Assembly (NCBI GenBank): GCA_036231405.1
Contig: JAZAHK010000003.1
Location: 160,001 to 224,000, forward strand
Length of the DNA: 64,000 nt
Source of the DNA: Nitrospinota bacterium
GTDB lineage: Bacteria; UBA8248
Direction of reading: 5' to 3'
Under the pieces are notes generated by a model, which worked only from the letters and a program-made list of their open reading frames with translations, was not told the origin of the DNA and made no database searches. Within the stretch, counting starts at the first letter, position 1; each line of letters opens with the position of its first letter. Below are positions 38,128 through 47,540 of this stretch, in pieces. Made by a program: the position numbers and the translations under genes.

Positions 38128-39000
38128 CTACTGGGAATTATAATTTACTAGGGCAACACCGGCCAAAGTTATAATCGCTCCAATTGGAACACGCAAGGAA
38201 ATATTTTCAATTTTTCTAAGAAAAATAAAAGAGAAAAAGACAGTTATTAAGGGAGAAATCTGAACTAAAGAAGAAATTCGATACACGTTCCCCTTTTGCA
38301 AGGCGGAAACCAAGAGGAGTATACCCACTGCAGCAAAAAATCCCATCAAAAAAAACGGTTTCCAAGCAGCCTTTATTCCAGGAACCATAGATTCCCTCTT
38401 AAAAATGGAAGTAAAAGTCACTACAAGTACAAATGCGGAAAATGTGCCTATGAAAGTAGCGGCAATAGGTTCTTTAAAAATACTCATCGTATATCGCCAA
38501 GTAACTGAACCAATTCCCGACACTATAGCTGCAGAAATTGGCCAAATAATATCTCTCCTTTTCCATACACCCTTAGTTGGAGAAAAAGAGATCAACATTA
38601 CCCCTGAAACTACAAAAATCACCCCTAGTAAATGGTACCAGGTTGGTTCTTCCCCTAGAAAAAGAATTGCGAGGAAAGATGCAAACAAGGGAGAACAGCC
38701 CTTAATAGGAACCGCTCTAGAAACTCCAATTTTTAAAATAGATGTTAATAACAAAAGAGAAAAAAGCCCTGGTAAACAAATACCTGCTAACATTGCCCAA
38801 AAATAATGGGGTCCAAAGGCAGGAAATTCTACTCCAATTACAATTATCGCAACAAAAAGAATTACGGATGCAACTCCTCTAGTCATGGTCGTACCAACAA
38901 AAACATTCGTCTTATGTACCCCAAAACGACCGGCAAAATCTGCCATAGAAAATATAAAAGCTGATAAAATCGCATAGTAAAAAGCTAAATCAAGGACCAA
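38128..39000 (-). CDS. EamA/DMT family transporter
   Basis: About 10 TM helices, IGVSRA..PLF..FLGE. Confidence 0.85.
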   Translation of the reverse strand: MVLDLAFYYAILSAFIFSMADFAGRFGVHKTNVFVGTTMTRGVASVILFVAIIVIGVEFPAFGPHYFWAMLAGICLPGLFSLLLLTSILKIGVSRAVPIKGCSPLFASFLAILFLGEEPTWYHLLGVIFVVSGVMLISFSPTKGVWKRRDIIWPISAAIVSGIGSVTWRYTMSIFKEPIAATFIGTFSAFVLVVTFTSIFKRESMVPGIKAAWKPFFLMGFFAAVGILLLVSALQKGNVYRISSLVQISPLITVFFSFIFLRKIENISLRVPIGAIITLAGVALVNYNSQ

Positions 39001-39133
39001 AACTCTCTCCGATTAAATTTTATACATAATTAAATTGGTCACTTAACAAACGGACTTGAAGTCTAACATTTTAATCAATATCATTCCCATATCATCGATT
39101 TATTTTTGAAACAATTTCAATTTGGGAGAGAGC

Positions 39134-40177
39134 ATGAAATTTTCACTTTTTTATGTTCATGAAACAACAAGTGGAAAATCTGAAAAAGAATCATTTGATG
39201 AAATGATGGAACAGTGCCAGCTTGCTGACGAACTAGGCTATCATGGTGTCTGGTTTGCTGAACATCACTTTTCCAAAGCAGGAGTTATGCCTGATCCTCT
39301 TCTCTGGTGCGCTTCAGTTGCACAGAAAACAAAAAATATTCGCTTGGGTACAGGTATTTCTATAATGTCTTTCCATAATCCCATACGCCTTGCAGAACAA
39401 ACGGCTATGGTCGACGTTTTAAGCAATGGGAGAGTAGATTTGGGGATAGGCCGTGGTTCTCAACCAAAAGAATTCAAGTCTTTTGATGCCAAACCATCAG
39501 AGAGTCGAAAGAGATTGCAGGAAGGAGTGGCAATAGTAGCAAGATTATTGGAAGGAGAAAAATTAACCTACGATGGAGAATTTTTTAAGTGCAATGAAAC
39601 CGAGATTTTTCCACATCCGATCCAAAAACCCCGGCCACCCATTTGGATCGCAGGAACCAGTCCCGAAACTTACACCTGGGCAGGAGAAAACGGATATAAA
39701 GTGATGGCTTCAGCAGGATTTAAAGGTCCAGAAATTTTTAGAGAAAAAATGCAACTTTATATTGATGCCATTAAAAAAAGTGGGGGTGACACATCCGATA
39801 TTAACTATGCACTACTTCACCGTTGTATTGTCTGCGAAGATCTCAATAAGGACAAATATATTCAAAATTTTGAAGAAAGTATGTCTTCATATTTGCGTTA
39901 CAGGGCCGACGTTAATAAGGTTGATTTTCCAGACGAAGAATCAAAACATCTTCAAAGAAATTGGAGTTATACATTCTCAGTAAACGACCTTCTCGATGGA
40001 GGTGGAGTAATTGGAAATATTGAAGACAATATCGATGAAATCAATCGTTTGAAAAAAGAATTCGGGTTAACAGATATTTTGATGGGCATGTACGGTATAG
40101 GTGCAACACACAAAGAAAAAATGGAGATTTTGGAAAGATTCGCAAATGAAGTCATGACAGAAGTTTCAACTACATAA
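39134..40177 (+). CDS. LLM-class flavin-dependent oxidoreductase (luciferase-like)
   Basis: WFAEHHF, IRLGT, AEQ..MVDVLSNGR, PIQKPRPPIW. Confidence 0.92.
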   Translation: MKFSLFYVHETTSGKSEKESFDEMMEQCQLADELGYHGVWFAEHHFSKAGVMPDPLLWCASVAQKTKNIRLGTGISIMSFHNPIRLAEQTAMVDVLSNGRVDLGIGRGSQPKEFKSFDAKPSESRKRLQEGVAIVARLLEGEKLTYDGEFFKCNETEIFPHPIQKPRPPIWIAGTSPETYTWAGENGYKVMASAGFKGPEIFREKMQLYIDAIKKSGGDTSDINYALLHRCIVCEDLNKDKYIQNFEESMSSYLRYRADVNKVDFPDEESKHLQRNWSYTFSVNDLLDGGGVIGNIEDNIDEINRLKKEFGLTDILMGMYGIGATHKEKMEILERFANEVMTEVSTT

Positions 40178-40180
40178 AGT

Positions 40181-40217
40181 TATGGCCTCTATAATCAAGT
40201 TTGAAAAAGAGGCCATA
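40181..40217. terminator. Inverted repeat between convergent genes, possible bidirectional terminator
   Basis: TATGGCCTCT ... AGAGGCCATA perfect 10-bp inverted repeat. Confidence 0.5.
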
Positions 40218-40245
40218 CAATTCAAAGAATCTTTATGATTAGCTT

Positions 40246-41538
40246 CTAGATAGAGTCAAGTGCCTGCGTTAAATCCGCTTTTATATCGTCTATGTGCTCG
40301 ATGCCAACTGAAAGTCTCACGTATCCCTGGGTCACACCCGTAGCTATCTGTTCTTCTTCTGACAACTGGGAATGTGTAGTACTAGCAGGATGTATTGCTA
40401 AACTTCTTGAATCCCCGATATTAGCAACGTGATAGAACATATTTAGAGAGTTAATAAACTGTTGACCTGCTTCGAGACCATCTTTCAACTCAAAACCAAC
40501 TAAACCTCCATAAGTACCATTCAAATAGGTATCAGCACGTCTCTTAAACTCGCCGTCCATAAGACCAGGATAAAAAACGGTTGATACTTTTTCATGACCA
40601 TTTAAGAAATTCGCAACTTCAGATGCATTACTACAATGTCGTTCCATTCTTAGTGGTAGAGTCTCAAGTCCTTGAAGAAATAAAAACGCATTAAAAGGGC
40701 TTGTCGCTTGACCTGAATCTCTCAAAAGAGTCACTCTAGCCTTAATGATATAAGCAACTGGACCAAGAGGAGCAGTAGCCTCCGTCCAAACAGCACCATG
40801 ATAACTTGGATCTGGCTGATTCAGATAAGGTTGTCTTTCAGGATGAGCTTTCCAATCAAAATTGCCACTATCAATTATAATTCCACCGATAGAATTTCCG
40901 TGCCCTCCGATATATTTCGTACAGGAAGAAGCAATCACTGCTGCACCATGTTCAAAAGGTTTACAAAGACCATGCGCTGCGGTGTTATCCATTATCAAAG
41001 GGATACCAACTTCTCTTCCAATGTCAGCCACTTCCTTAATTGGAAAAACTCTTAGTTTTGGGTTTGGAAGAGTTTCTGCGTAAAATGCTCTTGTCTTATC
41101 GTCAATTGCATTTTTGAAATTTTCAGGATGTTCAGGATCCACGAAACGTACCTCAATCCCCATTTGCTGAAGTTGATTCGCAAAAAGGTTCCAAGTCCCC
41201 CCATATAAATCAGTTGAACTAACGATATTATCTCCTGACTGGGCAACATTCTGAACCGCCATCATTGACGCAGATTGACCAGAAGATACTGCCAACGCAG
41301 CTACTCCACCTTCAAGTGCAGCCAAACGTTTCTCAAGAACATCGTTTGTAGGATTCATGATACGCGTGTAAATGTTTCCAAGTTCTTTCAGTGCAAATAA
41401 ATTTGATGCATGTTCAGTGTTGTCGAATTGAAAAGAGGTGGTTTGGTAAATTGGAACTGCAACTGCATTGGTAGTGGAATCACTCCTGTGACCTGCATGT
41501 AAAACAATCGTTTCATTATTATTCGATTCAAAGGTCAT
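40246..41538 (-). CDS. metY: O-acetylhomoserine aminocarboxypropyltransferase (sulfhydrylase)
   Basis: PIYQTTS, YTRIMNPT, TKYIGGHG, QGLETL.LRMERH, ANIGD.RSL.IHPASTTH. Confidence 0.93.
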   Translation of the reverse strand: MTFESNNNETIVLHAGHRSDSTTNAVAVPIYQTTSFQFDNTEHASNLFALKELGNIYTRIMNPTNDVLEKRLAALEGGVAALAVSSGQSASMMAVQNVAQSGDNIVSSTDLYGGTWNLFANQLQQMGIEVRFVDPEHPENFKNAIDDKTRAFYAETLPNPKLRVFPIKEVADIGREVGIPLIMDNTAAHGLCKPFEHGAAVIASSCTKYIGGHGNSIGGIIIDSGNFDWKAHPERQPYLNQPDPSYHGAVWTEATAPLGPVAYIIKARVTLLRDSGQATSPFNAFLFLQGLETLPLRMERHCSNASEVANFLNGHEKVSTVFYPGLMDGEFKRRADTYLNGTYGGLVGFELKDGLEAGQQFINSLNMFYHVANIGDSRSLAIHPASTTHSQLSEEEQIATGVTQGYVRLSVGIEHIDDIKADLTQALDSI

Positions 41539-41708
41539 TTAGATACCCTCCCATGAATTAGGATCAACAAAAATTAAGGGCGCAAAAACTCCCTAATCAT
41601 GTAAAAAAGCTATTTGTAAAATGTTAATGAGGATGTAACACAACCGATAAAGTTAGTCAATTAACAATTTATTGGAGATAAAAGAAAATTTCTACGGTTA
41701 GTTAAGAC

Positions 41709-42875
41709 TTATTTCGACATTAGCCATTCTATCCAGCTTAATGCAGGGATATCTTCGGGAATAATCAAAGAAGCAGATGTGAGAAGTCTCCCATTCATGG
41801 TGACCTTAATTTCACCAACTTTCTGCCCTTTTTTCAGTGGTGCTTTTAAAGATTTAGGGAGAATTACTTGCGTCTTAAATTCTTTTAATTTAACCCTCTT
41901 AATAACAAGAGAGATCGATTTTGAAACAATTGCTTTTATTTTATTTTTCCTGCCCCAAGAAACAGATACTGTTTCACCAACTGGTTGATGTTTAGTAAAT
42001 AAATTGTGTTTTTTGTAAACCCTAAAACCGCCAAGCAAAAGTTTCTTCGTTTCTCTATTTCTCGCCGTTTTAGTGGGACTACCTAGGACTACTGAAATTA
42101 ATCTCATTTTTCCCCTTTTGGCAGTAGCACATAAATTAAAACCAGACTTGACATAATATCCAGTTTTCAAACCGTCAAGACCTTTAAAAGTCTTCAGTAG
42201 TTTTCGATTTGTATTGTAGAGTACGAATTTCCCATCTCTAAAAGAATCAATTTGCCTTTTTGAGAAATCCAAAACTTCAGGAAATTTGACTAATTCGCGA
42301 GCTAAAATAGCTGTGTCAAAAGCCGTTGTGTAGTCCTCTTCTCTTGAAGAATCGTTAGGAGGAAGACCATGAACACTAGAGAATTTGGTATTTTGCATAC
42401 CTAACGATCTAGCGCGTTCATTCATTAATTTGACCATTTCTTTCTCATCACCAGCAATATGCTCAGCTATCGCGTAGGCGGAGTCATTAGCCGAAGCGAT
42501 AGAAACCGTTTTCACTAGTTCTCTGAGTGTAAAAATTTCTCCTTCTTTGAGATAAACCTGACTCCCACCAATCTTGCTTGCATCAAGGCTTACATGAACT
42601 TTTTCGTCAAATGAAAAAGTTCCCTTTTTTTCAGCTTCATAGACTAAAAGGAGTAACATCATTTTAACTATGGATGCAGGGATCAATTTTCTACTAGATT
42701 CATATTCCTTTAGAATTTTTCCAGTTTCTGCCTCCATTAAAACTAAAGCTTTGTATTTTAGTGGATCTTTTGTTTTATTTTTTGAAAATGAAAAATTAGT
42801 AAAAACCAAAATAGAAGAGAAGCATAGAAAAAAAATACTTATCTTTTGGAAAGAGTTTTTTTTGAAAATTTTCAA
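41709..42875 (-). CDS. D-alanyl-D-alanine carboxypeptidase (peptidase S11, DacA/DacC-like)
   Basis: PASIVK (SxxK), SAND (SxN), KTG. Confidence 0.93.
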   Translation of the reverse strand: MKIFKKNSFQKISIFFLCFSSILVFTNFSFSKNKTKDPLKYKALVLMEAETGKILKEYESSRKLIPASIVKMMLLLLVYEAEKKGTFSFDEKVHVSLDASKIGGSQVYLKEGEIFTLRELVKTVSIASANDSAYAIAEHIAGDEKEMVKLMNERARSLGMQNTKFSSVHGLPPNDSSREEDYTTAFDTAILARELVKFPEVLDFSKRQIDSFRDGKFVLYNTNRKLLKTFKGLDGLKTGYYVKSGFNLCATAKRGKMRLISVVLGSPTKTARNRETKKLLLGGFRVYKKHNLFTKHQPVGETVSVSWGRKNKIKAIVSKSISLVIKRVKLKEFKTQVILPKSLKAPLKKGQKVGEIKVTMNGRLLTSASLIIPEDIPALSWIEWLMSK

Positions 42876-43023
42876 AATTAATAACCCAAATTTAAATTAA
42901 AATTTAATCACACGAAGAAAAATCATTTCATTTTTTTGCAGAGAACTATTTACAAAAAATTAACAAGAAAATCTGAAAGAATATTAAACAAAAAGAGCTA
43001 AAATGATGAAACTTGAATTCTAA

Positions 43024-43314
43024 CTATTTCTTTTTTAAAGAACCTCCATAACCTTCAGCAACTAGAGCATCTATCATTTTTTTTACATTTATTTTCTTTT
43101 CATTAAAATCGACCACGGCCTCTTTCAGCTGAAAAGATACTCTTGCCTTTTTTACTCCATCGAGTTCTTCCAGAACTCTTCGAACCGTTACTGGTCATGA
43201 AGAAGGTCAGGTCATCCCCGTAATATTTAAAATAAGTTCAGCAGCAAAAAGTGAAACACTCATAGCGAAAGTGACGAAAATAAAAGTGAGATAAAATGGA
43301 AGTTTTTTCAACAT
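43024..43314 (-). CDS. Exported MerP/HMA-domain protein with two in-frame TGA codons (GMT-U-PSS-U), 96 aa; absent from the ORF track
   Basis: MLKKLPFYLTFIFVTFAMSVSLFAAELILNITGMT-U-PSS-U-PVTVRRVLEELDGVKKARVSFQLKEAVVDFNEKKINVKKMIDALVAEGYGGSLKKK; TGA at 43207-43209 and 43195-43197. Confidence 0.85.
43162..43178 (-). promoter_or_regulatory. Putative SECIS hairpin of the HMA gene
   Basis: GAGTTCT-GGA-AGAACTC perfect 7-bp stem starting 16 nt after the second TGA. Confidence 0.7.
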
Positions 43315-43376
43315 TAATTAATCAAACCTTTCAAATTAAAAATGAATAATTTTACTAAAGTTAGAAATCATTCCGA

Positions 43377-44186
43377 CTATATCAGACTTCTTAAGTAATC
43401 AATGCCAAGTTTTGCGGCTGTTTCAAAATCAGGATCCATTTTTATTTGCAAAGATAAAAAACCTTCATAATTAATTGCCTGCAGAGAACTTATTAAATCG
43501 CGCCAAGGGATGTGCCCACTGCCAGGATACTTTCTATTGCTATCAGCGATATGGAGAATTCCGAGATGATCTTTGGAATCAAAAATACTTGCAGCAAATG
43601 AAGTATCTTCCACATTCATGTGAAAAGTGTCCAGCATAATTCCAAAACCAGGACTATTAATCTCTTCAATGAATCGTATGCCGTCCTGAGTAGTAAAACC
43701 AAAATTAATACTGAACCTATGTTGAGGCTCAAATAAAACTCTAGTTCCTTTGCTGGCAGCATAATCAGATGATTCCTTAAAAGCATCATACATCCACTTT
43801 AATGATTCTTCACGTTCTTCCCCTTCGCTCAACTTCCCCCTAAAAGAGCCTACAATTACTTCTACACCATAAAAAGATGCGGCATCACAACATCCTTTTA
43901 GACGTTTCATAGCAACCTTTCGTATATTTGGGTCGGGATGACACATCCATACTTTATCTTGAAACCCAATTCCAGCAGTATGAACAGCAGACACCTCCAT
44001 CCCACGGCTTTGCACTTGCTTTTGAATTAGGTCAAAATCTAGTTCCTCTGGTTTTCTCATAGAGATTTCTATTCCATCATAACCAAGCTTTGAAAGCACA
44101 TCTAAATTTTCTTCAAAATTACCTTGTATAGCTGGAAGTAGAGGGGTATTTACATCAATAGTTGCAACCTGAAAGCTTATCTTCAT
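43377..44186 (-). CDS. Sugar phosphate isomerase/epimerase (xylose isomerase-like TIM barrel)
   Basis: GYDGIE, EPQHR, LDTFHMNVE, HIADSNR..PGSGH. Confidence 0.88.
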   Translation of the reverse strand: MKISFQVATIDVNTPLLPAIQGNFEENLDVLSKLGYDGIEISMRKPEELDFDLIQKQVQSRGMEVSAVHTAGIGFQDKVWMCHPDPNIRKVAMKRLKGCCDAASFYGVEVIVGSFRGKLSEGEEREESLKWMYDAFKESSDYAASKGTRVLFEPQHRFSINFGFTTQDGIRFIEEINSPGFGIMLDTFHMNVEDTSFAASIFDSKDHLGILHIADSNRKYPGSGHIPWRDLISSLQAINYEGFLSLQIKMDPDFETAAKLGIDYLRSLI

Positions 44187-44281
44187 ACGAACACCTCTAT
44201 AAAATAGTGAATTTCCTGCAAACCACAAATAAGATATAATTCCAACAAACATAATTAAAATATGAACTTACGAGATCGATT

Positions 44282-45655
44282 ATGCCAAACAATATTGAGT
44301 TTGACCAACGAATCGAACAGAAACTATCTATCAACCCAAGAATGATTCAAAGAATTAATCTTCTTTCTTCAACTAGTGCTGAACTTGGGGAAATGATAGC
44401 AAACGAATTAGATAATAATCCTGCTTTGGAAGAAGACAATTTAGAAATAGAGAAAGAACTCGAAAACTTACCATCTGACCTTGAAAATTATGCAAATCAG
44501 TACGACGACGACTATCGAGAAAAAACAATTTCTAAAAAAATAAATCTTTATGACTTTCTCGAAAAACAAGTAGGAGAGTTGAAAGTTCCTGATGAAAAAA
44601 GAAAACTTCTTACAGAATTGATACATCATATTGATGAGAGTGGATATTTTCCTCCTGATTTCAATACTTTTGAAATTGCTAAAAAAATTGACCTCTCAAC
44701 TAAAGTTTTAGAGGATTCAATAAAAATCTTACAGGATTTAGAACCCACTGGTGTTGCTGCACGAAATTTAACGGAATGCTTAAGTATTCAAATCGATCAT
44801 TTAGAAATTAACGTCCATTCTTCTAAAACTATTCGAATTGCGAAAAGGCTCATAAAGGATAATTTGCAAAAATTGAAAAGAAAGACCACTAAATCTTTAG
44901 CTAAAGAATTTAAAGAACCTGAAAAAGAAATACAGAAATCAATAGACCTCATAAAAAATTTAAAGATTACCCCTGCAGAAGAATTTATAACCTATGACGA
45001 AGAACTGAAGATTCCCGATATATTAGTTTCTATAAAAGATAAAATTATGAAAGTTGAACTAAACGAAGAGAAGTTTAAGAACGATGGAATAAGACCACTT
45101 GTATGCAGTCAAGAATATATTGAACTCTCAACAAAATTAGGGGAATTAAATACTACAGATCAGAAACATATTAAAGAAAAATTAGAACAGGCAAAAAAAT
45201 TTATAGAAAATGTAAAAAACTGGAAAGAAACCCTTCTAAAAGTTGGACTTGTTATCGCAAAAAAACAAAAGGAATACTTCCAATTTGGGATTCAGAATAT
45301 AAAACCTATGAAATTACGAGACGTTTCAAACGAAACCCATTTACATATTTCTACAATAAGTAGAACGATCAAAGGAAAGTTTTTAGAAACTCCCTCAAAT
45401 GAAGTACTATCGCTGAAGTACTTTTTTCATAATTCGCTACAAAATGTTCATGGTGAAGAAATTTCTTCACGATATATTCAAGATAAAATTCAGGAATTTG
45501 TTAATTCAGAAGATAAAACGAAACCTCTCAGTGATGAAAAAATTAAAAAAATTCTAATTGAAATAGGAATTTCAATTTCTAGAAGAACCGTATCTAAATA
45601 TCGAGAAAATTTAAAAATACTCTCTTCTCCAAAAAGAATTGAAAAAAAATATTAA
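44282..45655 (+). CDS. rpoN: RNA polymerase sigma-54 factor
   Basis: NPALE, EPTGVAARNL.ECL.IQ, HISTISR, PLSD, SRRTVSKYRE RpoN box. Confidence 0.95.
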   Translation: MPNNIEFDQRIEQKLSINPRMIQRINLLSSTSAELGEMIANELDNNPALEEDNLEIEKELENLPSDLENYANQYDDDYREKTISKKINLYDFLEKQVGELKVPDEKRKLLTELIHHIDESGYFPPDFNTFEIAKKIDLSTKVLEDSIKILQDLEPTGVAARNLTECLSIQIDHLEINVHSSKTIRIAKRLIKDNLQKLKRKTTKSLAKEFKEPEKEIQKSIDLIKNLKITPAEEFITYDEELKIPDILVSIKDKIMKVELNEEKFKNDGIRPLVCSQEYIELSTKLGELNTTDQKHIKEKLEQAKKFIENVKNWKETLLKVGLVIAKKQKEYFQFGIQNIKPMKLRDVSNETHLHISTISRTIKGKFLETPSNEVLSLKYFFHNSLQNVHGEEISSRYIQDKIQEFVNSEDKTKPLSDEKIKKILIEIGISISRRTVSKYRENLKILSSPKRIEKKY

Positions 45656-45746
45656 ATTATTAAAAAATAAATTATAATCATCATAAATACCTAAAAAATA
45701 GTTCTAGGCTTTGACATTTCGACCACAATAAAAAGGGAGGTGTCCG

Positions 45747-47477
45747 ATGATCATTCAACGAGATTTACCAATCAAAATGGATGATGGATTAGTACTGCGT
45801 TGTGACGTTTTTAGGCCAGAAACTAAAAAGAAGGTTCCTATTGTGATGGCTGGCGGCCCTTATGGAAAAGGAGTCAAATATCAAGAACATTATAAACCAC
45901 TTTGGGATTCGCTAGTTAAAATGCACCCCGACATTCTTGCTGGTTCAAAGCATCGTTGGTTAACATGGGAAACAGTAGATCCTGAAATTTGGGTGCCATG
46001 GGGTTATGCCTGTGTCCGCTTTGACTCAAGAGGAGCGGGTCGTTCCCCTGGATATCTAGACATTTTCTCTCCGCGTGAAACAAAAGATTACGCTAATGCA
46101 ATCGAATGGGCTGGACGTCAGAGATGGTCAAACGGAAAAGTAGGCCTCAATGGCGTCAGTTATTATGCGATTAATCAATGGCAAGTTGCCGCACTACAAC
46201 CAAAACATCTGACTGCGATGATACCTTGGGAAGGAGCTGCAGACCACTACAGAGATTGGGCACGACATGGAGGAATTTTATCAAATAAATTTATGGAGAT
46301 TTGGTATCCGCGACAAGTAGAAGCAGTTCAATACGGGAACCCAAAAGGACCTCGAGACCATTGGATGAAAACTAGAGCAACAGGGCCTGCCAATCTAACT
46401 GAAGAAAAGTTAAAAGAGAACCGAGCAGACACACTCGAAAACTTCCTTGTCCGTGAGATGGACGATGATTGGTATCAATCCCGTTCACCAGATTGGTCTA
46501 AAGTTACTGTGCCATTTCTAAGCGCAGCAAGTTGGGCTGGTTTTGGTCTTCATCCTCGCGGTAATTTTGAGGCTTTCATACAAGCTGCATCAAAGGAAAA
46601 ATGGTTAGAATGCCACCCGGGACGTCACGAAGAATGGTTTTATCTCGAATATGGAATGCAATTGCAAAAACGTTTTTTCGACTATTACCTAATGGGCAAA
46701 AGAAATGGTTGGAAAAAAGAACCAAGGGTATGGATAAATCTTCGCAGACCTTTTTCTCAGGAAGTTTCCTTACGAAAAGAAAACACTTGGCCACTCAAAA
46801 ATACAAGATGGACTAAATTATTTCTAAACGTTAGCGGAAAGGGAAAACTTGAATGGACTGCTCCTAAATCAAATCGTTCCAAAACATTCCGTGCAAAAAC
46901 TCGTGGAATAACAATTTTATCCCCTCCTTTAAAAGAGCAAACCGAAATAACTGGACCTTTGGTTGCAAAGCTTTTCATCTCTTCAACCACAAAGGATGCT
47001 GACTTATTTGTTACTATGCAAGCTTTCTCTCCAAAAGGAAAAGAAGTATTTTTTCAAGGAACAGTCGATCCTAAAACACCACTTGCACAGGGTTGCTTGC
47101 GTGCATCACATCGCAAACTTGATCATAAGAAATCTACACCTTGGCGTCCATATCATACACATGACGACAAACAACCCTTAAGTCCAGAGAAAATTTACGA
47201 ACTTGATATAGAGATTTGGCCTCAATCTATCGAATTACCAAAAGGTTTTCGTATTGCATTAAATATCTCAGGACAAGACTTTGATAGACCAGGTCCTGCC
47301 GTAGAGGCTTATGTCCCCTCTCGTGGATCTGGACCATTTCTCCACGACCATCCTATCGACCGATCTAACGAGGTTTTTGGAGGTAGGACAACACTCCATA
47401 CAGGACCTAAGCAAACTGCATATTTATTACTTCCAATTATCCCAAAGAAAAAACGTAAAGTTTCAAAAAAAAAGTGA
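45747..47477 (+). CDS. CocE/NonD family serine hydrolase
   Basis: DSRGAGRSPG, WSNGKVGLNGVSYYA. Confidence 0.9.
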   Translation: MIIQRDLPIKMDDGLVLRCDVFRPETKKKVPIVMAGGPYGKGVKYQEHYKPLWDSLVKMHPDILAGSKHRWLTWETVDPEIWVPWGYACVRFDSRGAGRSPGYLDIFSPRETKDYANAIEWAGRQRWSNGKVGLNGVSYYAINQWQVAALQPKHLTAMIPWEGAADHYRDWARHGGILSNKFMEIWYPRQVEAVQYGNPKGPRDHWMKTRATGPANLTEEKLKENRADTLENFLVREMDDDWYQSRSPDWSKVTVPFLSAASWAGFGLHPRGNFEAFIQAASKEKWLECHPGRHEEWFYLEYGMQLQKRFFDYYLMGKRNGWKKEPRVWINLRRPFSQEVSLRKENTWPLKNTRWTKLFLNVSGKGKLEWTAPKSNRSKTFRAKTRGITILSPPLKEQTEITGPLVAKLFISSTTKDADLFVTMQAFSPKGKEVFFQGTVDPKTPLAQGCLRASHRKLDHKKSTPWRPYHTHDDKQPLSPEKIYELDIEIWPQSIELPKGFRIALNISGQDFDRPGPAVEAYVPSRGSGPFLHDHPIDRSNEVFGGRTTLHTGPKQTAYLLLPIIPKKKRKVSKKK

Positions 47478-47540
47478 GCAAAATTTTAAAGTGATGACTT
47501 TCAACTAATTAGGAGTCATCACTTTTTGGAGGATTCTAAA

